Source of the DNA: Hyaloraphidium curvatum SAG 235-1
Lineage: Eukaryota > Fungi > Monoblepharomycota
Direction: 5' to 3'
DNA length: 64,000 nt
NCBI GenBank assembly: GCA_025558095.1
Contig: JAIVFI010000014.1
Coordinates: forward strand, 688,702 to 752,701
Positions 33,614 to 44,986 of this stretch are shown here, one piece after another; within the stretch, counting starts at the first letter, position 1; each line of letters opens with the position of its first letter. The notes under the pieces are model-generated. The model did no database searches and had not been told where the DNA came from. It saw only the letters and a program-made list of their open reading frames with translations. The translations under genes and the position numbers were made by a program.

Positions 33614-36600
33614 ATGGCAGGGCGCAAGCGACCAGGTTTTGCCGGGCCTTCCGGCGGCCCCGGTCCCCCCGGCGACTACGACGACGAGCACGACCCCGGC
33701 GAGGGCTCCTCCACCAACCCACCGCCGCCCAAGAAACGCAAACCGCGCGCGGACCTCGTCGTCGGCCCCGACGGCGCGCTCCTGCCGTTCCCCATCGCCA
33801 CCAAGGGGCCATGCGACCAGCTCATCTGCACCAACGCGGACCACTGGCGCGACGCCAAGCTCCACGACGGCGACACCTGCGAGCTAGAGATCTGCGGCTC
33901 AACCACCCACCATCCCGGCCACCATTTCGTGATCAGCGACCCCCGACTGCCTGTCACGTGCGAGAAGTGCGGCGGAGACCACCACACCGCCGTGCACGAC
34001 GAGCTCCAGCGCAAAGATGGCAAGGATCTCGTCGATTGTGACGTCTGCGGCGGCCAGGGGCACCTTCCCGTCGCGCATGAGCATCCCTGCCGACACATCC
34101 TCTGTCTCGGACACTTCGATCCAACGCACCAGCACGACTACATCGACGCGGACAACCCAAAGAGCTGCGGCCCCCTTCTCGCCCTCTGTGGAAGCGTCAA
34201 TCACTCCGACGGCGCGCACCTCACCAACGACGTGCGGCCCTTGTTCTGCACGGTCTGCGGCTCCAGCGACCACGCCTCCAAGCAGCACGACGCCGCCATC
34301 ACGTTCATGCACAACAGCGGCGACAATGCATGTGGACACGTCGGGCACAATCGCATTGGCGAAAAGTGCCTGTTTAGGTCCAATGATCTGAGGCAGCTGA
34401 CGCCGAAGCAGACCTTGGAGAGGGAACTTGGACCTGACGCCGAGAACGCAACGGTGGTGATGGCCCTACAGGCGTTCACGCGCTTGCCGTCGCGGCGGAA
34501 GCACGATCCCGTCCCCGCCGAAGGGTCGCAGGAGGATCTGGATGAGGACTTTGCCATTGAGCTCCTGGCAACGATCGACGATGCCGAGCGCAGGACCACG
34601 CGCCTCATGGCGACCGCTTCCCTCTTCCTGGACCTGCTCTTCAAGCACTGCCGTGATTCCGCCCTACCGTTTCCGGAAGTGAACCAGACACTGCTCTGGC
34701 AGATCTTCATTGCGGTATCGGCGGACAGCGGCGGCGTTTCCCACGCCACAGTGCGCTACGTCAAGGAGAAGATCTGGGACCCCCTCGTTGCCGCTCTCCC
34801 TGCGGGAACCTACCAGCGCACGTCTCGGGACGGCTTGACGCAGATTCTCCAGATTACGGCCCTTCAGCATGACACCATTGCCCTGAACCATGTGAACACC
34901 AACCTGCGAACGCGGGTGCGGAACTACGTGCTCACCCACATCCGCCTGGCGCTCCACGCGGCCGGGCGCTACGGGCGCAATGGCTACGGCCGAAAGGATA
35001 CGCAGATCATGGCCAGCTACATCACCAACAGCTTGGCGGACTGGGATCCGAGGGAGCACGGAGGTGGTGGTCAGCCGACGTTCACCATTCAGGGCACAGG
35101 GGACTTTGCGGCGGAGCTACGCCTGGACCTCCCCGTTGTCGCCCTCTGCAACGCCACCTTTGAGCACGTGCGCGACGAGATCATCGGCGAAGGGCGCTAC
35201 CTCCACCCCTACTGGGTCAAGAGCAACTGGCAGAAGTGGTGGAGCCCGCTTTTCCGGATCCAGTGTGCGTTCGAGACCTGGCGTGCCCAACTCGCGACGG
35301 ACTTGCGCGCTGCCAACCCCACCAACAAAGCCGAGCGCAGGGCATTCTACGATGCGCACCCCATTCGGCCCAAGCAGGTCAAAGCGTTCAACATCCTCCC
35401 CATCTACACGACGGAGGCCAAGTTCATCACCATCGAACGCCAGTCGCTGCACCACATGATCAGCCTCACGCGCAGACGGCTAGGCATGCCCCCGCTGACC
35501 GAGGCCGCCTACAAGGCAGCGGAGAAAGCGAACCCGCTCGCCTGGTGGGGCCGCTACTTCCGCCCTGAGCTCGTCACCACGTTCCAGCAAGGGCCTTTGC
35601 CGAAGGAGGCCACGAACCGGTTCCCGACGCTGGTTCAGCGCGCGTTCTACTACTCCTTTGCCACCAACGGCATCCAGGCATCCGTTCACGTGCTTACTCG
35701 TCCGCGGGAGAGGGAGCCGGAGCCGCGCTATCCAACTGCACAGGAGCTCATCGACAAGACCATCGTGGCGGGAGACCCGGGCCGCGACGTGATCGTGGAC
35801 GCCTCCTGCGGCGCCATCGACGACACGATCACCAAGAGCCATGTCGTCACCATCACGAACGCCGAATACTACCATGAAGCCGGCTACACGGAGCAGACGC
35901 GCAAGCTCAACGTGCGCAAGAAGCGGGACCGGATCATCAGGGAGATCGAGAGCCAGGCGCCTCTGGCCAAGCCGTTCTCTTTCATGGACACCATCGTTCA
36001 CCTCCGCTACTCGCTCATTCACCTTGCGCGCGTGACTGCTTTCTATGGGACACGCGTTCACCGCAGGTCGCGGCTCTCCCGCTACATCGGCAAGCACCGC
36101 GCGCAGGAGGTGCTCGGCGCCAAGTTCCTGAAGGCGACGGGCGTGCGCGACGCGCGGGACTTGGTTGTGGGGTTCGGGGCAGCCAAGTTCCGGCACAACA
36201 GCAGGGGGAGCGCGACCGGCCCCAGCTCGTCGCTCCCATGGCTCAAGCGGTTCCTGCGCCGCTACGGCGCCTGGATCACTCCGGACGTCGACGAACACAA
36301 CACGTCGCAAACCTGCCCGTCGTGCACGGGCAAGGTTGCCAAGAGGACACACCGAGGAGGGCACTACCGGGTCAAGGTGAGCCGAACGCGTCTCCCGTGC
36401 CGCGCAGCTTCCAATCTAATCGCCGTGCCTTACAGGATTGCAAAAATCCGAATTGTTTGACCAAGTGCTGGAACCGGGACGTCATGGCAGCGACGAACAT
36501 CCGCACCCTCATCATCTGGATGTCCTGCCACGGGCGGCGGCCTTCCCAGTTCCGCCCGCGGAACGACGGCGGTCCGCAAGACGATCCCGCGTTTGTGGCA

Positions 36601-36663
36601 GAGACCGCGCGCGCCGGGTTCATCAACGCGCACGTGGACCAGATCATGGCGGAGGCGAACTGA
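33614..36663 (+). CDS. Fanzor1-type RNA-guided RuvC endonuclease (eukaryotic TnpB homolog), 2 exons (33614-36376, 36436-36663), 996 aa
   Basis: RuvC-I VAGDPGRD; VVGFG at the canonical RuvC-II position with the relocated Glu in VDEHNTSQTCPSC; zinc finger completed by CKNPNC; RuvC-III WNRDVMAATNI after a 59-nt intron (gtgagc...ctaat...tacag). Also FNILP and FATNG motifs and an NLS-like PPPKKRKP. Confidence 0.9.
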
Positions 36664-36900
36664 AACGGGTCCGTGTGACCCTCCCATTGTCTCGGCGCGC
36701 AGAACACCTTCGGAGCACGGGAGGCTGGGCTGTGTTATTGCCGCCGGGACGCTCGGTCAAGCTTAGGCTGTCGAGTATGGTAAACGGTATCGGGAGTTTA
36801 AAGAGCACAGCTCTTAGCATTTTTGGTTAGCCGGGGTGCTTAGACGCGATTGTTAGTGCCACTCTCCGAGCCGTTAATACTATAGGCCAATCCCCCACCG
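36664..36900 (+). ncRNA. Putative Fanzor omega-RNA: scaffold up to the right transposon end, guide from flanking DNA
   Basis: Lies between the Fanzor stop codon and the right TIR, the known omega-RNA position, and contains several G-U-containing helices. Exact boundaries are unknown. Confidence 0.65.
36854..36882 (-). repeat. Right terminal inverted repeat (including the terminal TA)
   Basis: 27/29 inverted match to 31341-31369. Confidence 0.9.
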
Positions 36901-36937
36901 CATCCCACGCACCGGCCCCCACCCCGCCTCCTCCGCG

Positions 36938-38653
36938 ATGGCGGACCTCTCGGTGTGGTTCCGAGCGTGCAAGGACGGCGCCATCCCCGCGGCCGAGCCG
37001 TTCCTCGCTTCGCCGACGTTCGACCCCGACGCGCTCGACTCCAACGGCTTCACAGGGTTCGCGCTGGCGTGCCACAACGGGCGCCACGAAATGGCCGCGA
37101 GACTGTTGAAGGAGCCGCGGATGAACCCGAACAGGGTCGTCAAGGGCGGCTACACCGCGATGCACCTCGCGTGCCGGTCGGGCCGCGGCAGGGTCGCCAA
37201 GCTGCTCGCCGACGACCCGCGCGTCGACCTGAACGCGGAAAAGGACGACGGCCTGACGCCGCTGATGCTCGCCGCCCGCGAGGGCCACGCCAAGATCGCG
37301 GAGATGCTGCTGAAGCTCGGCAGGGAGCGCAACGTGCGGCCCGACGCGGCGGACGTCAAGGGCAACACGGCCTTCATCTACGCGTGCTCGACGTCGTCGC
37401 TCGAGTGCATCGACGTGTTCCTCAGGCACCACCGGCGGGTGGCGGTCAACGTTCAGAACAAAGACGGGGAGACGGGGCTCATTGTCGCGTGCGTCATGGG
37501 CAACTCGCAGGTGGCCAACGACCTGCTGCACTACCCGGACCTGCTGGATCTGTCCTTGGCCGACAACGCCGGCAACACGGCCTTCCACCACGTGTGCAAG
37601 AACAACGACCTGGAGCTCGCGCGGTCCTTCCTGAAGCACCTGGACCAGGTTCCCGTCAACGCCGCCAACCGGGCCGGCAAGACCCCGCGCGACCTCGCGA
37701 CCGGGGAGCGGTTGCGCGCGCTAATCGACCGCGAAGTGATGCTTTACGAACGGAGCCCGAGCAAGCTTCGTGTCGACAGCTCGCGCGTCTCGTACGACCG
37801 CACGAAGGTCCTTGGGAAGGGGGGCTTCGGCGCCGTTTACAGGGGCACCTTCAAGGAGGAAGTCTCCCCCGGTCGGTTCCGTGACGTCGAGGTTGCCGTC
37901 AAGGAATCGCTTCAGGGCTTTGCGGACGCCAAGATCAGGGCGCTGTTCGACAAGGAGGTCCGCGTGTGGACTGCCCTTGGCAGGGGCCACGACAACGTGC
38001 TCAAGCTCCTGTCTTACTCGGAGGACCCCCTGGTGATGGTTTGTCAGTACGCCAACGCGGGTAACTTGCAGGAGTACCTGTTGCGGATCGCCGGGGAGCA
38101 GGACTACTACCGCCGCGCGCTCCAGCTGCTCCTCGGCGTTGCCAAGGGGATGGCCTTCATCCACGCGTCGCACGTAGTGCACGGGGACCTCAAGGCGCTC
38201 AACGTGCTCGTCGACGCGCGCCCCGGGGGCGGGCCGGTGCCGCTCATCGCGGACTTTGGCATGTCGCGCGTGCGCATGCAGGTGTCCATCACCATGGGGC
38301 AGGCCGACGCGGTCGAGGGCACGCTGGGGTTCCTGGCGCCGGAGCTGCTGCAGGGCGCTCTGGATGATTTCCCGACGCCGCGCAAGGCCAAGAAGGCCGA
38401 CGTGTTTGCCTTTGCGATGGTGGCGTACATGGTCTCGAGCAGGGGCAAGGAACCCTTCCACGACGCCAGGTTCAGGAGCGACAAGGAGCGCATGGGCGCG
38501 ATCCTGGCGGGGCAGAGACCGCGGCCGCCGGCGGATGCCCCCAAGGGGCTGGTGGAGCTGATGGCGCGGTGCTGGGCGGCGGATCCCGAGAAGAGGCCCG
38601 AGTTTGCCGAGGTCGTGCGCGACCTGGACGCCGTGATTGCCGCCGCTCCGTGA
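36938..38653 (+). CDS. Ankyrin-repeat tyrosine-kinase-like (TKL) protein kinase 1, intronless
   Basis: Several ankyrin repeats (GYTAMHLAC, GLTPLMLAA, GNTAFHHVC); GKGGFG, VAVK, HGDLKALN, DFG, APE, DVFAF. Confidence 0.92.
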   Translation: MADLSVWFRACKDGAIPAAEPFLASPTFDPDALDSNGFTGFALACHNGRHEMAARLLKEPRMNPNRVVKGGYTAMHLACRSGRGRVAKLLADDPRVDLNAEKDDGLTPLMLAAREGHAKIAEMLLKLGRERNVRPDAADVKGNTAFIYACSTSSLECIDVFLRHHRRVAVNVQNKDGETGLIVACVMGNSQVANDLLHYPDLLDLSLADNAGNTAFHHVCKNNDLELARSFLKHLDQVPVNAANRAGKTPRDLATGERLRALIDREVMLYERSPSKLRVDSSRVSYDRTKVLGKGGFGAVYRGTFKEEVSPGRFRDVEVAVKESLQGFADAKIRALFDKEVRVWTALGRGHDNVLKLLSYSEDPLVMVCQYANAGNLQEYLLRIAGEQDYYRRALQLLLGVAKGMAFIHASHVVHGDLKALNVLVDARPGGGPVPLIADFGMSRVRMQVSITMGQADAVEGTLGFLAPELLQGALDDFPTPRKAKKADVFAFAMVAYMVSSRGKEPFHDARFRSDKERMGAILAGQRPRPPADAPKGLVELMARCWAADPEKRPEFAEVVRDLDAVIAAAP

Positions 38654-38851
38654 TCTTCAGGAGTACTCGTGTCTTTGTAGCATCCGTTGTGGTAGTGTCC
38701 CCTGGCTCTTCAGCGATCGACATGTGCGATGTCAGCGCCGGCTGTCCGGGGCTGCGACGCGTCCTCGGGTTCCGCCGCATTCCGTCCCCAACCACACGCC
38801 ACACCTCCGCCGTCAGCGCCCTCCATATCCGGCCATCGCCACTCTCCTCCG

Positions 38852-40676
38852 ATGGGGGCGCCCGCGGCGTGGGTGCGCGCGTGCAAGGACGGCGATGCGG
38901 CCGTCGTGGCCATGTTCCTCTCGAAGGCGGACTTCGACCCCGACGCGGCCGACGAGGCCACGGGATTCCCCGCGCTGGTGCTCGCGGCGCACAATGGCCG
39001 CTCGGCGATCGTGGCGACGCTGCTCGGCGACGCGCGCGTCGCCCCGAACCGCGCGGGCAAGGGCGGCTACACGGCCGTCCACGCCTCGTGCAAGATGGAC
39101 AAGATGGAGGTCCTGAAGGTGCTGATCGCAGACAAGCGCGTCGATCTGAACGCCGCAAAGGCCGACGGTATGACCGGCCTCATGGTCGCCGCCCGCGAGG
39201 GCTTCCACAAGCTGTGCGAGGCGCTCCTGGCGACCCCGAAATCACGCGGCCTCGCGTCCGACGCCGTCGACGCCGCGGGCAACACAGCGTTCCACTACGC
39301 CTGCATGAGCAAGAAGGGCCGCATGCCGGTGCTCGACGCCTTCCTGCACGCCGACCGGCCCAAGCGGGTCGGCGTCAACCGCCCAAACAACCTGGGCCTC
39401 ACGGCGCTCGCGGCCGCCTGCGCCGCGGGCAACGTCAACGTGGCCGAGGACCTGCTGCACCACGTGGACCTCCTGGATCTGCGCGTGCCCGACCGCGAGG
39501 GCGACACGGCATTCCACCACGTGTGCAGGGGCGGCAGCCTCGCCCTCGCCCGCGCCTTCTTCCGGCACCCGGGCTCGTTCGACCCCGAGGCGCGCAACAA
39601 TGCCGGGCAGACCCCGGCGGACGTGGCGACCAGCGAGGTCGTGCGGATGCTCATTTCGCGGGAGGTCATGGTCATCCGGGCCAACCCACCCAGCCTCGAG
39701 GTGCCCGCGTCGCGCCTCCACTTCGACCGGAACAACGCCAACATGCTCGGCGAAGGAGGTCAGGCGAGGGTGTACCGGGGCCTGTTCGTCGAGCAGATCG
39801 GCGAGGACAGCTTCAAGGAGACGATAGTGGCGGTCAAGTGTCCGAGGCAGGAGATCGACGACCCGGCCGTGATGAGGACGTTCGAGAAGGAGATCAAGAT
39901 GTGGGCCCTCGTGGGCCGCAACCACCGCAACGTGCTCCCCCTCCTCGGCTTCTGCACCCAACCCTTCGCCATCATCTGCCCCATCGTCGAGGGCACCAAC
40001 CTCCAGCTGTACCTGTGGGAGAACCGCGACTCGCCGCGGTACTGGTCCATCGCCCTGCGGCTCCTCCTCGGGGTCGCCGAGGGCATGCAGTACATCCACG
40101 ACTCGCACGTGGTCCACGGGGACCTCAAGCCGCCCAACGTGCTCGTCGACGTGCGCGCGAAGGGCGGGCCGATCCCTCTCATCGCGGATTTCGGCATGTC
40201 CCGCGTGCGGCTGGAACACAGCGTCACGCATGGCAACGAGAACAACGTGATGCCCGAGGGCACGCTGCCCTTCATGGCGCCGGAGCTGCTGGACCTCGTT
40301 TTCGACAGGACGCTGCCCCCCAGGGCGAGGAAGAAGGCGGACGTGTACTCCTTTGGGATGGTGTGCTTCATGGCGGCCACGAGGGGCTGGGAACCGTACC
40401 ACGGGGACATCGGCCCGGGCAAGAAGTTCAGGGAGACCTACGAGGTGGGGATTGAGCCGCCGGGTCCTGCAAGGGCCTTTGCTGACCCCTTTTCTCTACC
40501 TTCGCCTACAGCTCATCAAGAACGTCACCCAGGGCTACCGCCCCGACATCCCGCCGCACACACCAGTCGCGCTGAGCGCCCTGATGAAGAAGTGCTGGGC
40601 GCGCGAGCCCGAGAAGAGGCCCGACTTTGCCCAGATCGTGCAGGACCTGAAGAGGCAGATCGAGGACTTTGAGTAG
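38852..40676 (+). CDS. Ankyrin-repeat TKL kinase 2 (tandem paralog), one 3' intron
   Basis: Same architecture as kinase 1: GEGGQA, VAVK, HGDLKPPN, DFG, APE, CWAREPEKRP. Confidence 0.9.
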
Positions 40677-40768
40677 GCGCCGGCAAGGGCGGTCTAGATT
40701 CTAGATTGTGTGTTCAGGAAGCAGATACACGGGGATGTCTAGGTGTCAGATGGTACGCCACCCGGCCG

Positions 40769-42795
40769 TCACCGCCCCTTGTGCATGCCGAGGATGCACG
40801 AGTCATGGACCGCCTGTAGCGCCTCCGAGGCCGTCTTGTGCTCGATCACGCACGAGATGTTGATCTCGCTGTCGCCGCCCTCTCCATCAGCGATCCAACC
40901 CCGCAGAACAGGCCGCAAAGACATACCTGGCACCCTGGCTGATCATCTCGATGTTGACCCCGACGCTCGACAGCGCCGTGAACATCCTCCCGCTGATGCC
41001 CACCGCGTTCTTCATCCCCTCCCCGACCAGCGACAGGATGGCCATGTTGGGGAGCACGTCCACCGTGCCCGTCTTGCGGAGCTCCCCGAGCGCGAGCTCC
41101 AGCGAGCGCTCGCTGATGTTGGGCCCGAGCGCCATCGAGACGTGCACCTCCGAGGTGGAGATGAGGTCCACGACGATGCCGAAGCGGTCCAGAACCCTGA
41201 AGATGTGCGCCAGGAAGCCGTGCGAGACCGACTTGCGGTTCGAGTGCACGTTGAGCACCGTCACGGGGTGCTTGATGGTGACGGCCGTGGCGTGCCCCGG
41301 GAGCCGGGAAAAGTAGGGCTGCGGGGTGAGCGAGTCCTCGAGCTCCTCGGGCGGGGAGTCGGGGTCGTCCTCGCGGAAGCTGGGCGGGGCGACGACGGTA
41401 CCCCGGCCCTGGGGGTTGAAGGTGTTCTTGATCCGGATGGGGATGGCGGCGCGGATGACCTGCTCCATGGTGAAGGGGTGGATGACCTCGGAGCCGTAGT
41501 AGGTCAGCTCGGCGGCCTCGTCGGGGGTGATGTAGGGGAGCAGGCGGGCGAGGGGTGCCTTGCGGGGGTCGGCGGTGAAGATGCCGTCGACCTCCTTGAA
41601 GATGTGGAGCTCAGAGGCCGAGAGGGCGACGGAGCAGAGGGCGGCGGTGAGGTCCGTGTAGCCGCGGCCGATGGTGGTGATGATCGAGCCCGGAACGGGT
41701 CCGAGATAGCCTGGAACATCGTTCGAAGATGAGACCAAGAGATTGGAGAACAGAGCGCAGCAATCTCACCGGTGACAACGGGCACGACCCATCCCTCCGT
41801 CCCCGTGGACGATCCCGTCGTCAAGGCCAGGTCGACCTTCGAGTCGTCCCAGCACACTGCCTCGAGCACCTCCTTCAACCGCCCCGCCAGGTAGTCGTAG
41901 AACCCCTGCCCGACCTCCGATTCGCCGAAATGCCGGTCCACGATCCTCTCCAGGTTGACGTACGCCGAGGGCACCCCGCGCGACGCCAGCACGGCGGCAA
42001 AGATCATCGCCGACAGCTTCTCGCCGACGGAAATGACAATGTCACGCGACCGTGGCGACATCTCCTCGATGGTCGCGCACGCGTCCAGGAAGCTCCGCAG
42101 CCTGGCGCATTCGGCCGAGATGCCGCGCAGGCACTCGCCGCGGAGGCCCTCGAGCTCCTCGTCGTCCCCGCCCAGCGCCTCGTAAGCGTGCCGTCGGTGC
42201 TCCTCTTCGATTTTGGTCACAATTTCGGCGTGCTCCGCCGAACCGGAGAGGCAGGATTCGGCGGCGAGGAGGAGGCGAGAGGTCGTGCCTTCGGCCTTGA
42301 CGTACGAGGACATGGCCGAGAGCACGACGACGGGGCGAGTGGCCGGGCTGGAGCCAGAGTGGAGCGTATTTCTGGAAAAGCGACCAAAGGTCAGCCAATG
42401 AAGCCGATGGAAGGAGCAGGCGAGCCCGGATTCCTTGACGAGGTTGGACCAACGCACCTCACGATATCGGCCACCATCCCCATTCTTTCGGCAGTTCCCA
42501 CCGAAGTGCCTCCAAATTTCTGCACGACTAGGGGTACGCGGGCCTTGTGCCTCTGCGCTGCGCCCGCCGGCGACCTCGCCCTGCCGTGGGCTGCCTCCGG
42601 CGGGTGGGCCCGCCCGTTCGCGTGCAGCGAGCCCGAAGGCAACCGCTGCGCCGCGAAGCCGTCGAGGTACGACGAGCCCGACGAGTTGGCCGGCATCGAC
42701 GCCGATTTGCCGAGCGACGACGAGTAAAACAGCTCGTCGTCCGGCGTGTCCGTCGTGCGCGGCGGGATGGGCAGCGCCGTCGTTGGCTGCGTCAT
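40769..42795 (-). CDS. HOM3: Aspartate kinase with two ACT domains, multi-exon
   Basis: VVQKFGGTSVG, VVVLSAMS, SVGEKLSA, GRGYTDLTAA, KEVDGIFTADP, EAAELTYYGSEVIHP, DLISTSEVHVS, EMISQGA. Confidence 0.95.
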
Positions 42796-43817
42796 CGCAC
42801 CGAGCGACCACAAAAAGGCAGAGTCCAGGAGACCGGCACACGGCCCTCGAGCAGGTTACGAGGCCAGAGGGGGTGGCGCAAAGATGTGGTGCGGTCGGCG
42901 GTAAACAAGTCAACAGAGCGCCAGCGGGCCTATGACTCGGCGCTCGATGCTCTGCCTGCACACAGCCAGCACGGCGGCAAGACGCACATCGGGTGCTTCC
43001 AAGGCTTCCTGGAGGCGCCGCTTGGCATTCTCTGGCCGACCTGAGGGTCGCTTGGACCATCGACGACCTGCACTGTGTGCTTCTCGCGGGCTTCGCCCCG
43101 ATCCCCTGGGATTCCAGAACCGCTTGCTGGCCCCGGAGACGTGGAACGATCAGCTTTGAGGCACAGCGATATGCTGGAGCCAAACTTGTGGGCCTCCAGT
43201 GCGAGTTGAGCTCGGCCGCGCTCGGCCGAAGCGGCCAGACGTAGCCCCTCCGACTCCTTCGATTCTCGGTTTCGGAATCTTAAGAGCTCAATTTGCTCGA
43301 TTGAGCCCTTCATTGTCACGCGGACGACCCATGGCGGTGCTGCGATCCCTGATTCCGGTGCCTGAACTGGAGACCAGGCTCACGACGCCCGCTCAGGCGA
43401 CATTCAGGACTCTCAATCGTTGGATCGATCATATCGCTTGCGCGTGTCTCGAATTTTGGGAGCTGTGCGCTGCGCCGCGTTGCGAGGCCGCATGGCATGG
43501 GCACTTCGGGTGATGTTGCTGCCCCCTCGCGATCACAGGCCCTGAGCATGCTGCAACCCGGATGGCCGGTGCCGCCGCACGCCTGTGCTGCCGAGGGGCT
43601 TAGATGCTGCGTAACCGCGGGGGATCGCGCTGATTCCCCCGGGCCCGAGGCGCAGCAGGCTGGTGGCCTGCGGCAGGGTCCTTTGCGCTGGCGGTGTTGC
43701 GTGCCCAACCCAAAGCGGACGACTCGGGACGCCAGCGTTCTGCTGCACTCAGACGGGCGCATCGCGGGCCGGAAACTCGGGAACTCGCAGATCTCGGTCG
43801 GAAGCAACGTCTCCGCC

Positions 43818-44986
43818 ATGCGCGCCGCCGCCGCCGCCCTCCTGCTCGCCGCCCTCGCGGCCATCGGCACCGCCGATGCGCACATCCAGATGACGAACCC
43901 CATTCCCCGAGGCTCGCCGCAGGGCCCCTGGCCCGAGAGCCAGCGCGACTACTCGCTCATGTCGCCCCTCGACAACGGCGGGATCGGCCGGACGTACCCC
44001 TGCCAGGGCAAGGTGCGCTTCTCAACCCGCGATGCTGAGGCGGCCACGGATCGCTCACCAATGCCCATCGCAGCCCAAGGGCGTCAACACGGCGACCCTC
44101 TATGCCGGCAGGACCGTCAACGTGACCTGGGCCGGCTCGGCGATCCACGGGGGCGGCCACTGCCAGCTCGCGGTTTCTTACGACGGCGGCTCCACCTTTG
44201 TCGTCCTGGACACGATCCTGGGCGACTGCCTCGTCCGCGGCATGTCGTACCCCCTGACTCTGCCCGCGGACCTGCCGCGCGCCACCTCGGCCATCTTTGC
44301 CTGGACCTGGGTGAGTCGATCGATGCCCACCACCAGGATGAGCTGACGGACGAGAACAATCACGCCAGATGAACCGAATCGGCAACCGTGAATACTACAT
44401 GAACTGCGCGGACGTCGAGATCGTGTCCAACACCTGCGGGCCCTTCACCGCCCCGCGCCTGTTCGTCGCCCAGGTCGTGCCGCCTTCGACGCAGGTGTTC
44501 CCCGAGTGGGGCACCACGGGCAACGACTACAGGAACGAGCTGCTCAACGGGCGGCCGGCGACGACTGTTGTTGGGGACGGGTGCGCTGGGGCAACGCCGC
44601 CTTCTCCCGCTCCGGCGCCCGCTCCTGCGCCTGCGCCTGCGCCCGCCCCCGCTCCTGCTCCTGCTCCTGCTCCTGCTCCCGCTCCGGCCCCGGCCCCGGC
44701 CCCGGCTCCCGCTCCCGCTCCGGCGCCGGCCCCGCCGCCGCCTCCTCCGGTACGTTCACCATCGCCAATCGCGGCCACATTTTTGCCTACCGCGGCTCCC
44801 CTCCAGACCGGCGTCCTCCCCGCCTGCACCTCGGCCAACAACGGCCAGCAGATCTGCCCCTCGGCCGCGCACCCCGGCTTCTCATGGTGCGTCAACGGCG
44901 TCTGGATCCAGCAGGCCTGCCCCGCAGGCACGGTGTGCAGGGCCCTGAGCGCCACGCAGGTCGTCTGCGACTGGCCCCAGGCCTAG
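43818..44986 (+). CDS. Secreted lytic polysaccharide monooxygenase (AA11-like) with (PA)n linker and C-terminal CBM19-like Cys domain, 3 exons
   Basis: Signal peptide ending ADA followed by His1 (HIQMTNP), [29 protein letters not shown], and C-terminal C...C...WCVNGVWIQQACPAGTVC. Confidence 0.8.
44606..44735 (+). repeat. Coding hexamer tandem repeat encoding the (Pro-Ala)n linker
   Basis: About 20 degenerate CCN-GCN units, in frame within the LPMO gene. Confidence 0.9.

Larger units (their letters stand above)
31341..36882 (+). mobile_element. IS630/Tc1-mariner-superfamily TIR transposon carrying a transposase, a cargo gene, a Fanzor nuclease and a putative omega-RNA
   Basis: Left end 31341-31369 TAGTGTTAACGGCTCGGAGATTGGCACTA versus reverse complement of 36854-36882 TAGTATTAACGGCTCGGAGAGTGGCACTA (27/29 identical). 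TA at both outer ends is consistent with a TA target-site duplication. Confidence 0.92.

Noticed and set aside
36377-36460. Fanzor truncated before RuvC-III (ORF track stops at 36460)
   Set aside because: A canonical 59-nt GT-AG intron with a CTAAT branch point restores the frame to CKNPNC...NRD.
33614-36663. Calling the RuvC protein a Cas12 or a bacterial IS200/IS605 TnpB
   Set aside because: There is no CRISPR array or cas gene, and no Y1/serine transposase. The gene has a spliceosomal intron and an NLS and lies within TA-flanked TIRs, which fits a Fanzor.
44606-44735. Tandem repeat as a CRISPR array or non-coding satellite
   Set aside because: There are no spacers; it is an in-frame Pro-Ala linker of the LPMO.
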